Below, in pieces: positions 42,764-54,790 of a stretch of 64,000 nucleotides of DNA. The stretch is from Octopus bimaculoides. Taxonomy: Eukaryota. The DNA lies in the NCBI RefSeq assembly GCF_001194135.2, contig NC_068988.1:50544227-50608226 (forward strand), given 5' to 3'. The notes under the pieces are model-generated. The model did not search any database, was not told the DNA's origin, and saw only the letters and a list, made by a program, of their open reading frames with translations. Position numbers and translations under genes: made by a program. Every line of letters starts with the position of its first letter. Within the stretch, counting starts at the first letter, position 1.

Positions 42764-42894
42764 AACAAACAAATATGTGACACATTTAGCTGATAACAGT
42801 TGTCAATCAAGTTTGGCCAAGCCTTAGTAGCTGCAAGAAAGAAAGTGACTAATTATACATACACTTCCACATGACCAAATATTTCATGTATGTA

Positions 42895-42945
<51 letters not shown>

Positions 42946-43899
42946 GCGTACACATAGCAGAGTCTTAAGGACTGGAGTATTAAATAGCCATGTTTTAACC
43001 AGATATGACAAGCAGGAAGTGAGAACCCCCTCTATTCCACTGGAAAGAATTGGATACCATAAATGGGAGAAAAAGTAACTGAGGAAGAGGCAGATTGAAA
43101 TTAAAAAAAAAAAAGTATGATAATAATAAAGTAACGACAACTACTGAGTTAAATCAATAATTTCTGCAACTAATAATTTTTCTCCAAGATACAAGACATG
43201 AAAGGAAAGGAAGAGTTGTGTGAGATGAGGTTCAACCATTTGCTAACAGTGATCAAGCCTCATTTTTAGATAGGTGAAAGTGTAAAGTCATTCCTTTCCC
43301 ACTACAGATATTAATGTAGTAATGATAATGAGTTGATAACTCCGTAAGTAAATTACTTGTCAATAAATAATAATGATTTCTTTTATTGACCACAAAGGTT
43401 AAAAGTATTAGGGACAATATACTGATAGAATACGGAATAAAACAAAAAAACACTGGGGAATTAACATTATGTAAAAGGTTATGCTATGTAAAAAGGATTT
43501 TCTACAACCTGATGTGCTTCCTATTACCAACCTCCACCTGTTTCCAAGCAACATAATATTCCTCATGACCAAACATATTTTTACAGAAGATTAAAAACAA
43601 AGGATATTCCATTCATTTGCAGCTATCCCATGACGTCAAGGTAAAGAGACAGCAAAACAGACTTCCTTCAGTTTCCTACTACTAAATCCACTCACAAGAC
43701 TTTGGTTGGTCTGAGGCTATAGCAGAAGACACTTGCCTAAGTTACCATGCAGTGGGACTGAACCTGAGATCAAGTGGCAGGAAAGCAAACTTCTAACCAC
43801 ACAGCCACATCTGCACCCATTATGAATAAATAGATAATAGAAATAACAATATAGAACAAAACCACAAAAAAAAAAAAAAATGGATCCTGTATAATGAAG

Positions 43900-45030
43900 G
43901 TGGAAGGAGAACCATAGCTAGCGATTCAGGACATTCCATACATAACTCCAAAATACAATGACACACCAAAGACACCATTCTTCTACTTCTTATTGTCAGC
44001 CAGTGGTTGCATAATAAGAGTTGGTCCATTTAGACATACTAATTTCATCAGTCTCACCCACATTTCATCACATTTACTGCATCCTTTCAACTGCATCCAC
44101 CACACAGCTTCTTTTGTTAAGGCCACTGAATAGAGCTAGACTATCCACTCTTCCAAACCAAAAGAAGTGATGAATTAGTCCCACATGAACCAACAAATCA
44201 ATAATGCATAGACACTGAACTGAGTCTGTGCCAGACAGTTTTGTCATCCTGTACATCTCACACAAGTTTTGATTCCTAGTGGCCCCAACACAACTCTGCC
44301 AGCAGAATTTAACCCAAACAGAAAATTTCCTTTGTTGCACTGTCAGAGCAAGAACTTTTGCAGATCTTCCATAATTCCCAACCTGAAAAGTCATTCAGAA
44401 CAGAGTACTCAGAATGTCTTCGCTGATACTCAGAACCACTCCTAGGCCATTGTTACATATGTCCTTTACTAATCCTCTATAGAATTCAAGAGTTGACTTT
44501 CCACTAGCCACATTGTCTAGCTGTTAGAGAACACTGGGCATCTGGTAACATTCCAGATGTCAAAACCCCTAACCTTAGTTTGCATTTAATCCAGGACTAT
44601 AGAGATGAGTGTAGGGAGACATTGCACAAATGATGACCATACCAGTTCACTGTTATTGTCATCCAAGAATCTCTGAAGATATTACAGTCTAAGTAATATC
44701 ATCAGCTATGGCATTCCAGGACACTAAGCTGATAAATCTCCTGACAAGTGGAACCTGTCCCTTCTAAATGATGCAAAAGAGCAAAACATCCCAGGCTGAT
44801 CAGAAGTTTTCTGGGACAAAAAACAACAATCAGAAAGTAGTATACCACTAGACCCTAGGTCCAGCAATAGACATCATCTGCACATACAAATACAGATACA
44901 GCTCACTTTTATCATGGTTTAAGTGGGATGCCTGTGAAACTCTCCAGCCTTTGCAGCAAAGGATTCAGTGCAGAAACATAGAGAAGAGTGGGTATCTTTG
45001 GTAGATTGCCAATCCACTGCCGCAGACATA
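43900..45030 (-). pseudogene. Decayed L1/Tx1-clade LINE reverse-transcriptase fragment
   Basis: One frame gives LLYVSALNPLLQRLESFTGIP (44990-44925) and, after stops, VSVFVCADDV (ADD at 44881-44873). These resemble the SPLLYVLALEPLL and YADD motifs. Outer limits are approximate. Confidence 0.7.
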
Positions 45031-46788
45031 TTTTTTTTAATGATTCACAAAGGATAATAGGTAAAGCTAACATCAGTGGAATTTGAACTCAGAATGCAGA
45101 GAGTTGGAATAAAGAGTGTAGTACAGTCTATCCTATAGTATAATAACTCTGAAATTACATTAACAACTAAAAAACAGAAACACACTATTAGAATCTGAGA
45201 AACCAAGTGGTGGTCAAAGAAAAGTTGAATAATTTTTGTAAAAATGACTGCATACTGTTAGGATTCAGTCATTATGTTTTTACTGTCAACTGTAAATCAA
45301 ATCATTGTTGGCCAATATTATAGTAAAGATTGTATTTTTTTTTTATTAATCTCACTTGTTTTTCTCTTTAGTGTATTTCCACTTTATTAGAAAGAGTTAT
45401 GGTGAAGGAAATAAACAGTGGGTCTGGAGAATGTGTACGTAATTTATGGTATGAAGGTAGTAGTCGGTCTCCACACCTAAAATATTTGAAGGTGGCAAGC
45501 AATGCTCTTTACTCTTTGTTTCATTTCACTGTTGTGCTATTAACATTTTAGTTTTTATCACTTTACTTCCAACCAATGAATTGAAAACATGTAAAGGAGG
45601 ATATGAGCCTAGCTGCTGTAACTTTACATGTCTTATTAAAAAAATATTTTTTTGTTATTGTAGCCTAAAACTGTACCACAAATTTTAAAATAAAAAATTG
45701 TCCTTTTTATGTTCCAACACTCATTCCTCAGTACATTAAATATTTATATTTTTATTTTCTCGACTTTGAATGCCTATTGGTCATTTGCTTGAGCTTCGCT
45801 CAAATGTTTATTGCTTACTTGCACACTATAAAAGTCTCAGATCAGACACCCTCTAACAAAATGACATACAATAAATCATCTATCCACAGGTTTCCCTACT
45901 GTGCCCAAGTTTCTAATAAGAATGAAATAGAATATAGGATACTCAACACCATTAAACATAAACTGCACATACTACAGATATATTCCTGACAGATTACAGA
46001 TATAGAGATATTTACAGACATAGTGATATTTACAGATATAGTGGAATAAATAAGCATTATATTTGACAGAGTAATCTGAATGTTAAAGGGTTAAAAGGAT
46101 GACAAAGGTGAAAAGAGGAAGAGAATTATAAACACTTTGGATGCAAAGTTAATGGGTCATATTGGCTTAAATAATTCAGCAAAAGGGAAAAATTTTAGTC
46201 AATAGAATATAACTTTTTAGACTCTGTATGTTTATTTTCTCCATTCATTTTTACTTTAACCTATAACTTTTTTTGTTACTATTCAGTTGATACCATGTGG
46301 CAAGCTATGGAACCTTACATAATGTCTATTTATATTTTTAGACAACTACAAATAGATATTTTTCTTTTCCTTAATTTTTCTAAAAATTTGTTATACATCA
46401 ATTTTATTACATGAATTTCATACATATCTAACAGAGTAGAAATTAAAAGATTTGGCATGGGGGTAATTTAGTTCATTTGAATCTTACAATACTAGCAGTA
46501 GTAGTAGTAGTGACGAGAGGGAGCATCGCAAGTGAGATAAATTGAAGGTAGCTCAGGCAGAAAAGAAAAAAATATTCATAAAATATATATATATATAATT
46601 AGAAAAGTAGCTTTAATTTTCTAAGGTTGTTCTATTTTCCTCAATTGATCAATAGACCAATTGAGTAAATCTTTCAGTAATGTACCTCTAATGACTACTG
46701 GAGACAGCTGTAAGCCGAATTTGCTCCAATAAAGGAAAAATATGTAATGACCATTATTTGTAACTTGTTTCTTACACACACACACACA

Positions 46789-47194
46789 TGAAGGGGTGCT
46801 GAAAAGTTCCAGGCTTTGGAGAAAAAGAAAATAGAAGAGGATCAGTTACTGTATTTGATGGCCTATAAGATGCACTTTTTTTTAAAACCCAAAAATGGCT
46901 TTAAAAATCTCCCTGTGTCCAATGCACTCAATGTAGGCTCAAAACTTGTGACTGTTGGTAATTTATTTTGCAAAAGTATAGCCTAGGCTAGGGTGCATCC
47001 TATTCACTTGTGTGTCTTATAGGCCATCAAATACAGTAATTATGATTTTATTCAACATATTCCCCTCTCTGATTCACACATTTATTGCAGTGGTTCTTCA
47101 GTTTTTCTAAGCCCTGTAAAAGAACTCAGAAGATTGGGCCTCCAACCAGACCTTTCATGATATCCTTAAAGCCAGGAATTTTTCAGCACCCCCT
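46789..47194. mobile_element. Mariner-type MITE interrupted by a second MITE
   Basis: TIRs AAGGGGTGCTGAAAAGTTCCAGGCTTT / AAAGCCAGGAATTTTTCAGCACCCCCT (24 of 27). Confidence 0.8.
46849..47036. mobile_element. Tc1/mariner-superfamily (Tc2/Kanga-like) MITE nested at a TA
   Basis: Perfect 22-bp TIR CTGTATTTGATGGCCTATAAGA; TA duplicated at 46847-46848 and 47037-47038. Confidence 0.88.
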
Positions 47195-47197
47195 ATA

Positions 47198-47277
<80 letters not shown>

Positions 47278-47304
47278 TACATACATACATCTATATATAG
47301 ATAT

Positions 47305-47595
47305 ATCCCAGTGCCACAAAATTACTCATGCCAGTGTCATGTAAAAACACCTGTGCAGGCACCACATAACATCATCTGTGCTGGTGCCATGTAAAAACAC
47401 CCATGCTGGCACCATGTAAGAGCACCCAATACACTCTGTAAAGTGGTTGGTGTTAGGAAGGGCATCCAGCTGTAGAGACTATACCAAAACAGACGACTGG
47501 TGCCTAATGTAGCCCTCTGGCTTGCCAGCTCCTATTGAACCATCTAACCAAAGCCAGCATGGAAAAACGGATGTTAAATGACAACGATGATGATC
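47305..47595 (+). mobile_element. Family D retroposon with tandem CCATGTAAAAACACC-like 5' units
   Basis: Core GGTTGGTGTTAGGAAGGGCATCCAGCTGTAG and GATGATGAT tail. Related copies lie at ~3400-3560, ~40975-41170 and ~42115-42250. Confidence 0.75.
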
Positions 47596-48411
47596 TATAT
47601 AAAGGAACGATTATTTTCCTATTATTGATAATTAATTATTTTATATACTAAAAGATTGGTAAATAAAGTATTAAACAATCACCCACTTCTGTGCCCTTGT
47701 CTTTATCTATGAGGTAATGACAACTATTTGGAAAGTCTCCTGATCAACTTCTTCACCTGTCTTAAAAGTGTAATAGCTTATTTACTAATCCTTTAGTAAA
47801 TAAAAATTTTGCTATCAATGACAGGAAAGTACTTTGGAATGTCATAGCTCGAAGATTATTCAGAATTCAAGTGCAATGAGATTCACTATCTAATCAATGA
47901 TGGCAATGGAATTGGACTGACAGAAATCTCTAAAAGGAAATAAACTTTGTAAAATTCAACTTGACACTATCTGAATAACAGATAGACACCATAAATAACA
48001 GCTATAAACAATGAGTTGGTTAGAAAGAGAAATACACTATATGGCAAATAGGGAAAGAGTTAATCAGAAAAAAAAAAACAGCATAAATAGGAAAGAAATA
48101 TTGGGAGAGCAAGAAAAGTGGGAGGCAGATAAGTACTGCCAGGTAAAATATATCATGTAGATATTGCAATAAATTCAAACCTATCCCTCTTTCCAATAAC
48201 ATAACTTTAAGCAAATGCCATTAAACAGCATTAAGTTATCAATCTAGTTTCAATTCATAGTCAGTGCCATTTCAGTTCAAGTAATTGAAGGGTTATAATG
48301 TAATGTTCTTGTGTTTTTAATAATCGCCAATATCTTCAGGTAGATATAAAATGACCAGGTTGATAACACATGGGATTATTAACTAACAGATTGTGTGTCC
48401 TATCAAGGAGG

Positions 48412-48793
48412 TTGTTGGCACTCCGTCGCTTACGACGTCGAGGATTCCAGTTGATCTGATCAATGGAACAGCCTGCTCGTGAAACTAACGTGCAAGTGGC
48501 TGAGCACTCCACAGACACGTGTACTCTTAACGTAGTTCTCAGGGATATTCAGTGTGACACAGTGTGACAAGGCTGGCCCTTTGAATTACCGGCACAACAA
48601 AAACAGGAAGTAAGAGTGAGAGAAAGTTGTGGTGGAAGAGTACAGCAGAGTTCGCCACCATCCCCTGCCGGAGCTTCGTGGAGTTTTAGGTGTTTTCGCT
48701 CAATAAACACTCACAACGCTCGGTCTGGGAATCGAAACCACAATCCTATGACCGCGAGTCCGCTGCCCTAACCACTGGGCCATTGCGCCTCCA
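48412..48793 (-). mobile_element. Family A tRNA-derived SINE, full length, inverted
   Basis: Reverse complement of the family A consensus. Degenerate TSD CTATCAAGGAGG (48400-48411) / CTATCAAAAGAGG (48794-48806). Confidence 0.93.
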
Positions 48794-49743
48794 CTATCAA
48801 AAGAGGATAGGACACATAAAAAAAGATCACAATTAAGTAATATCTTGTAAGGGATATTCAAAGTTTACTTTTTCTTATCTCAATGCAAATAGTTATGATT
48901 GATCTAAGATCATTGCTGAACATGTAAGACTGATAAGTATAACTATTACCAAACCAGATAGTAAGAACAGCTTTGCAGGTGCACACAAACTGTACATAAT
49001 ATACTTCCCTTTTCAAAACTGACATGCTCAAAAAATACAATGCAGCAGGATATCAACTTGTAACCAGTGAGTGGAAACACAATCAGTTACATTCAATTCA
49101 AAATAAAAGCCATTTTTAAAGTATGTATGTATGCATGTCTGTCAACATGAACAAAGAGCAAAAAAAAAATGTAAACTATGAATTGCAGAGTTTATTCAAA
49201 ACTGTGAATTCACTGTTGCTACTCTGAGTTTCGCATCGTTATTGTTGTGAGGAATGTATATTGGGAAACTCAGAGTTGCAACTAAGTGAAGCTTCAGCTT
49301 CAAATAAATGACCACAGAAATATAAAATCAACTGGCTCATTACTGGGAGTTAAGTACCTGAGAGACAAACAGCAACTAACTTCAGAAGGACAAACTTAAG
49401 AACTGTGAGACAGCAAACTACAGGGTTATGACCTCATTGTATCATGCTGAAATCTGTAATAATAATGGTTTATGGAGATGTTTAGATAAACATTTCATAA
49501 AATTCAGTGTGTTGCCTACAGACAACAAAACACCTGCTACTGATATGGGGGATATGGATGACTAAATGAAAGTCATTATGGTTTAGTTTCAATTGCTGTG
49601 TTACTGTGGACACTTGCGCTGTGAGTGAATATCTGAGCGATACGTTACTGGGGAGTAAAAATTACGTAAGGTCTTTACAAAAGAGTTTAAAAACCACAGT
49701 TGATGTGAGAAGGAGAAGAGCTAAATATACCTAAAGTTTAGAG

Positions 49744-49926
49744 CAGTGGTTCTCAGTCACAGCTCCCAGGGCGATAAGCATCCTTCTGGCAGCCCCTGAT
49801 GTTCTTCCCTCTATAAATATAAGTTTTTCTTTAATTGACTTGTATTTTACTTTTTTTTGGTGCAGCTCCCTAAAAAAATTCAGGTTTTGGATCCAGCCTG
49901 GATGTTAAAAAGGTTGAGAATCACTG
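49744..49926. mobile_element. hAT (Charlie-like) MITE
   Basis: TIR CAGTGGTTCTCA / TGAGAATCACTG (11 of 12); TSD GTTTAGAG (49736-49743) / TTTTAGAG (49927-49934). Confidence 0.8.
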
Positions 49927-52900
49927 TTTTAGAGAAGAGTAGTACCAATCAATAACTATACTGGAACGAAACAATTCTAATTTGCCGTGCAAGAAATTAG
50001 GAGAGGACTTCTTTTAATAAGTTCATCACAAGAGGAGGTCACAGGCACTGCCCTTGACTTTTACAATCCTTTCAAGACTGGTGAGATTAGTGTGAATGAT
50101 GCTTGTCCTGAGCAACGACAGGAAAGAACTGGAGACCTGATCCAAATACTCATGTGGATTTTATTAGAGATGTCCAAGGACCATCTGGTTATGTCAAACC
50201 AGGCAACATCTTAAGGCACATAAACTGGCAGTGTCATAAGTGGCTGGTGAGTGTTGTTGAGCTGCAGTTGTAGTTGCAGCAACAGAAGTTCAGTGTTGCA
50301 ACTCCAGTTGAAGTGACAAAATGGCTTCAAATCAAATTGAAATGGGATTTGAAATAATGGAAAACTTGGCTGGTCATGAGGACTAAGCCTTGGGTAAACT
50401 TGCAGCAATTTGCATTCCATTTAGCATATGGTTCCATATTGAAAAAATTCTTTATTGAAACCAATGTTGTTTTCGATAAGGGATATGCTATATTTCTTTT
50501 CTTAGATATGGTCTAAAATAGCCACAATGAATCAGATGTATGGGCAGCTTATGCCTTTATATGTATCTAGTTAGCACTGAAGTATTTTTTCCACTTGGAA
50601 AAGGAAACCTAGCCTCTATACAATCTCTGTGTAGTTGTTATGAAAGGCCAGGATTGTAAGTTTAACCGAGTATAGAAAGTATAATGGTTTTTATAGCATT
50701 TTGATCATAAGTAATAATAATGTAGTGTTGAGTGTTTGCTTCCTTCAGGATTGTGTGCATATATGTGATGTGTGCGTGTAGCTTCACACTCCCTAAAGAA
50801 TACACACGTTTGCACACGTTCACACACATACACTCAAGTAAAAGTCCTAACTATTACAAAATTTATGTTTGTAAACGACACAGTCCTGTACTTCAAGAGA
50901 CAATCATCATTTACTGTAGACAGAAGCGAACACAATAGTAATAAACTCGTTCAGCACAAGTCGTGTGTGTGTACGTAACAACACATACAACTGAACAAAG
51001 ACTTAAATTATAAACACAAAGCGTTCAAATCTGAGAGTATGTAGTGAAGGTGGGGGAGACAGAGTGAGGACAGAGGAAGATGAGACTAAATAGGAAACTG
51101 GAAGAAAGTAGTGATATGGATTCGGTCAGTGATAAACAGAAGCAGGGAGACCCTGATTCATTCTTGGGGTAGCAGAATTGGACAGACCATCAGCGATGCT
51201 CTTAGTCGTAGTGGTAGTGATAATGATGGAGGTAAGGGGGTAGTAGACTGTGCAGTGAAAGAAGACAAAGGGGTAAAGTAATGGTGTGGCAGTGTCTGAT
51301 TTTGTTCTATGGGGACTGTATTGTGAGTCATGTAAGTGGTTGCTGCACAGCTGTATTACGTGATGGTGAAATAGTAGTGAGATACTGATGTCTTCGGAAC
51401 TAAAACCTAGAGCCTTGACACATGGGTTAACTAACACTACAGTGATAATACAATTGTCCCTCAACCAATAGTCATAGCCTTGATATTAATTAACATGAAT
51501 CTGCCGTTGTCCATCGGTGTTTAAAAGATATAGCCAAGACAAAGAATAACACTATCCGATATATGTAGTCGTCAAACACTGCTGCAATCTACTGGAAATC
51601 CTATTCCGCACATAACTCATACACCTACGTACAGACAGTGAACACACACCGCACTGTACTAAAACACTACTGTGTGCTTAAATTATAATACACTGACACA
51701 CCTTCAAACCTACACCCATCATATCAACGTTAACACAAACCTCAATCATAGACAGCTAGAAGCACACTGTGTGTGCCTCTCTCACACACATAGCATACAT
51801 ACTTGAACATGTACAGACGTATAAACCAATATACTAAACAACGTGGTCGTTGTACGAATGACGGTTTGTTCAAGCGGTTAGGTCCACACCCATATTCACA
51901 GATCTATATAAGAAGACGACAATAATAAATTTCGGGACTATGTTATTAAATAATAGAGGTGTGTCTATCTATCTATCCCCCTAAAACAGACAGGGCCCGT
52001 CAGAATAACATTAAAAAAAAAAAAAAAACAGATTAGCTTTTAAAAAATGAGACGAGATTAAGCCAATATGCTTCTTAGTCATAAAACTTGTAGTTCGATC
52101 TTCGACATAAGCTAATGCATTTTCCTTTCAAATACAATTACAATGTCAGTTGATACTGCAATTTTACACAAGGATAGTGTGTGTGTGAATATATATATAT
52201 ATANNNNNNNNNNNNNNNNNNNNNNNNNNNNNNNNNNNNNNNNNNNNNNNNNNNNNNNNNNNNNNNNNNNNNNNNNNNNNNNNNNNNNNNNNNNNNNNNN
52301 NNNNNNNNNNNNNNNNNNNNNNNNNNNNNNNNNNNNNNNNNNNNNNNNNNNNNNNNNNNNNNNNNNNNNNNNNNNNNNNNNNNNNNNNNNNNNNNNNNNN
52401 NNNNNNNNNNNNNNNNNNNNNNNNNNNNNNNNNNNNNNNNNNNNNNNNNNNNNNNNNNNNNNNNNNNNNNNNNNNNNNNNNNNNNNNNNNNNNNNNNNNN
52501 NNNNNNNNNNNNNNNNNNNNNNNNNNNNNNNNNNNNNNNNNNNNNNNNNNNNNNNNNNNNNNNNNNNNNNNNNNNNNNNNNNNNNNNNNNNNNNNNNNNN
52601 NNNNNNNNNNNNNNNNNNNNNNNNNNNNNNNNNNNNNNNNNNNNNNNNNNNNNNNNNNNNNNNNNNNNNNNNNNNNNNNNNNNNNNNNNNNNNNNNNNNN
52701 NNNNNNNNNNNNNNNNNNNNNNNNNNNNNNNNNNNNNNNNNNNNNNNNNNATGACGTGATTTACGGAAGATTTAGTGATTATTTCTAGGAGATCGAGTGA
52801 CTATGCAGAGGCTTTTAAGTTTTAGTCAGATAAGGCCAAACACATGAATCACATTGAAAACAGGAAGAGATAAAAAAAATCCGACATTTTCAATTAGGTG

Positions 52901-53634
52901 TTTACTGATGCATGGACACACACACACACATATATATATATATAAACAGATACGCTATTGTGATATGAAAGGTTTTGATCAGTCGATCGAATTTCCTCGT
53001 TACCGATTCTCAATTAATCGATCGACCTTCGAAACAATCTGAATTCACACACCCACATACATGTTAGTCACAAATGATTGCTTAAGGCGCACCTAATATT
53101 CTCATGAAGTAGTGTCATTTATAGATGAGATAGATACAACGACCCTGCTAATTTAGATATAAATTGACAGACGACAGGTCATATGTACACTGACAATCTC
53201 TCATTCTCTCTCTCTATGTATCATTATAATTAGTGACACGTGCACCGATTAATTTTTCAATATGTAGACAAGGAAATTAATGAGGGGGTTCAGCTTCAAA
53301 AATAATTTTCAAACATACTGAGCGCGTGTTCGTGTATCGAAAGTGACCACACCTTTAACAAACTATTCAGTTTCGGACAGTGATGACTCCCACACAGAGG
53401 TAGATTTATAGATAAGAGGGCGCGCGTACACACAAACTGGTATACAAGAGATAGAGACATAAAACGGACATGACAATCATATTCATAGATATAATTACAG
53501 ACATTCATAGCCTTACACACAGAAATAAATACAAATTACGTCCTTACAAACAAAAGATCGGAATTTTATAAATACAGACATTCTTACTATTTCACACTTT
53601 TGGTTTTAATCAAATGACAACAATAAAATCTTAC

Positions 53635-53960
53635 CTTAGTTTTATGAAAACTTTCTGACAGAGATAGTAATTAGTAAATACAAACAGGAAAGGGGAAAAT
53701 TTTCAGTGTGTTTCCCGTTCTATAACAAAATAATCTCTGGAGCACCGGCAGTTTTTTGTTATTTTCAAAAATCTGAATGTTTTGTTTTTAAATTATCATA
53801 ACAACTGTGATTAGTTATCCTTCTTTTTCTCGTTGTTTGATTGATTATAGTTGTTGTTTCCCTGTTAACGTCTAGCTTCTCTAAAATGTTGCCTTGCCCT
53901 CGACGACCACCTGCTCGGCTTTAATTTCCACTCGACATCAAAACTGAACAAAACTCCACT
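53635..53960 (-). other. Probable non-coding first exon of the light-chain gene (3' edge 53635; transcription start not determinable)
   Basis: Strong minus-strand donor CTAAG|gtaagat at 53634 inside the CpG-rich zone next to promoter-like motifs. The first coding exon starts with an acceptor only 4 nt before the ATG, so an upstream UTR exon must exist. Confidence 0.55.
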
Positions 53961-54030
53961 CAAATTGCCTACCCACGCATGCGCACGCACCAAAAGTAAT
54001 TCGCTCTTCCGTGCGTTGAGAGAGAAATTG
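53940..54030. promoter_or_regulatory. Promoter-like motif cluster, probably for the light-chain gene
   Basis: CGCATGCGCA (NRF1-type motif) at 53976-53985 and CTCTTCCG (ETS-like, CGGAAGAG on minus) at 54004-54011 in CpG-dense sequence. Function is inferred from motif match only. Confidence 0.45.
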
Positions 54031-54543
54031 TTTCTTCTCTCCCCCTCTCTCTCTGTCTACCTCTATCTCTTTCTCCCCCTCTCTCTTTGTCTTCCTCTAT
54101 CTCTTTTTTTATCTCCTCTCTCTATCTGTCTCCCTTTATCTCTTTCTCCCCCTTTCTCTCTGTCTCCCTCTATCTCTTTCTATTTTCCCCTTCTCCCATT
54201 CCTTTTACTTTACCTACCCTCCCGCTCTCTTTTCGTTCTTATTCTTTTTCTCTCCAGCTCAACTTACCTATACCTATATCTATCTTTTATATTATCCACT
54301 CCTTTTCTTTTCTATCATTTTTTTTGGGCCTTATCCTGTTGTTTTCCCTGTGATTAAATTTGACTTCCTTTCTCTTTTCCTTTCCGTTTTCTCTCCGCGC
54401 CCCTCACTTTTTCTGTTTTTTAAATTTTTTTCCCTTCTTTCTTTCAAACTTCTTTCTTTTCCTCTATTTCTCATTTAGTTTCCCCTCCAGCCATTTCTCT
54501 CTCTCCCTCATTCTAAATTTACAACACCCTCTCTATCTATGAG

Positions 54544-54578
<35 letters not shown>

Positions 54579-54790
54579 ATAATTCTAATTTAACCACACC
54601 CTCTCAGTCTTTCTCTTTCTCTAATTTCTCTCTCCCCACGGTTCTTTTCCTCTACCGTCTTCGACTCTTAATTTTCTTAGGTTATCATTTTCTCCTGCAA
54701 CTCACCCCCCCCGTCTCACTTTAACTTCCACTATTTCATTTACAACGTACTCTTACCATTACTCTAATTACCCATTTCACTATCTTCATC
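54031..54790 (+). repeat. Long polypyrimidine (CT-rich) / polypurine tract between the two divergent genes
   Basis: About 760 bp that are almost entirely C/T on the plus strand, including (CT)n at ~54545-54575. Confidence 0.9.

Noticed and set aside
43057-43066. Perfect CArG box CCATAAATGG (SRF site) in light-chain intron 1
   Set aside because: Biologically attractive, but a few such 10-mers are expected by chance in 64 kb at this base composition, and it lies outside the CpG-rich domain.
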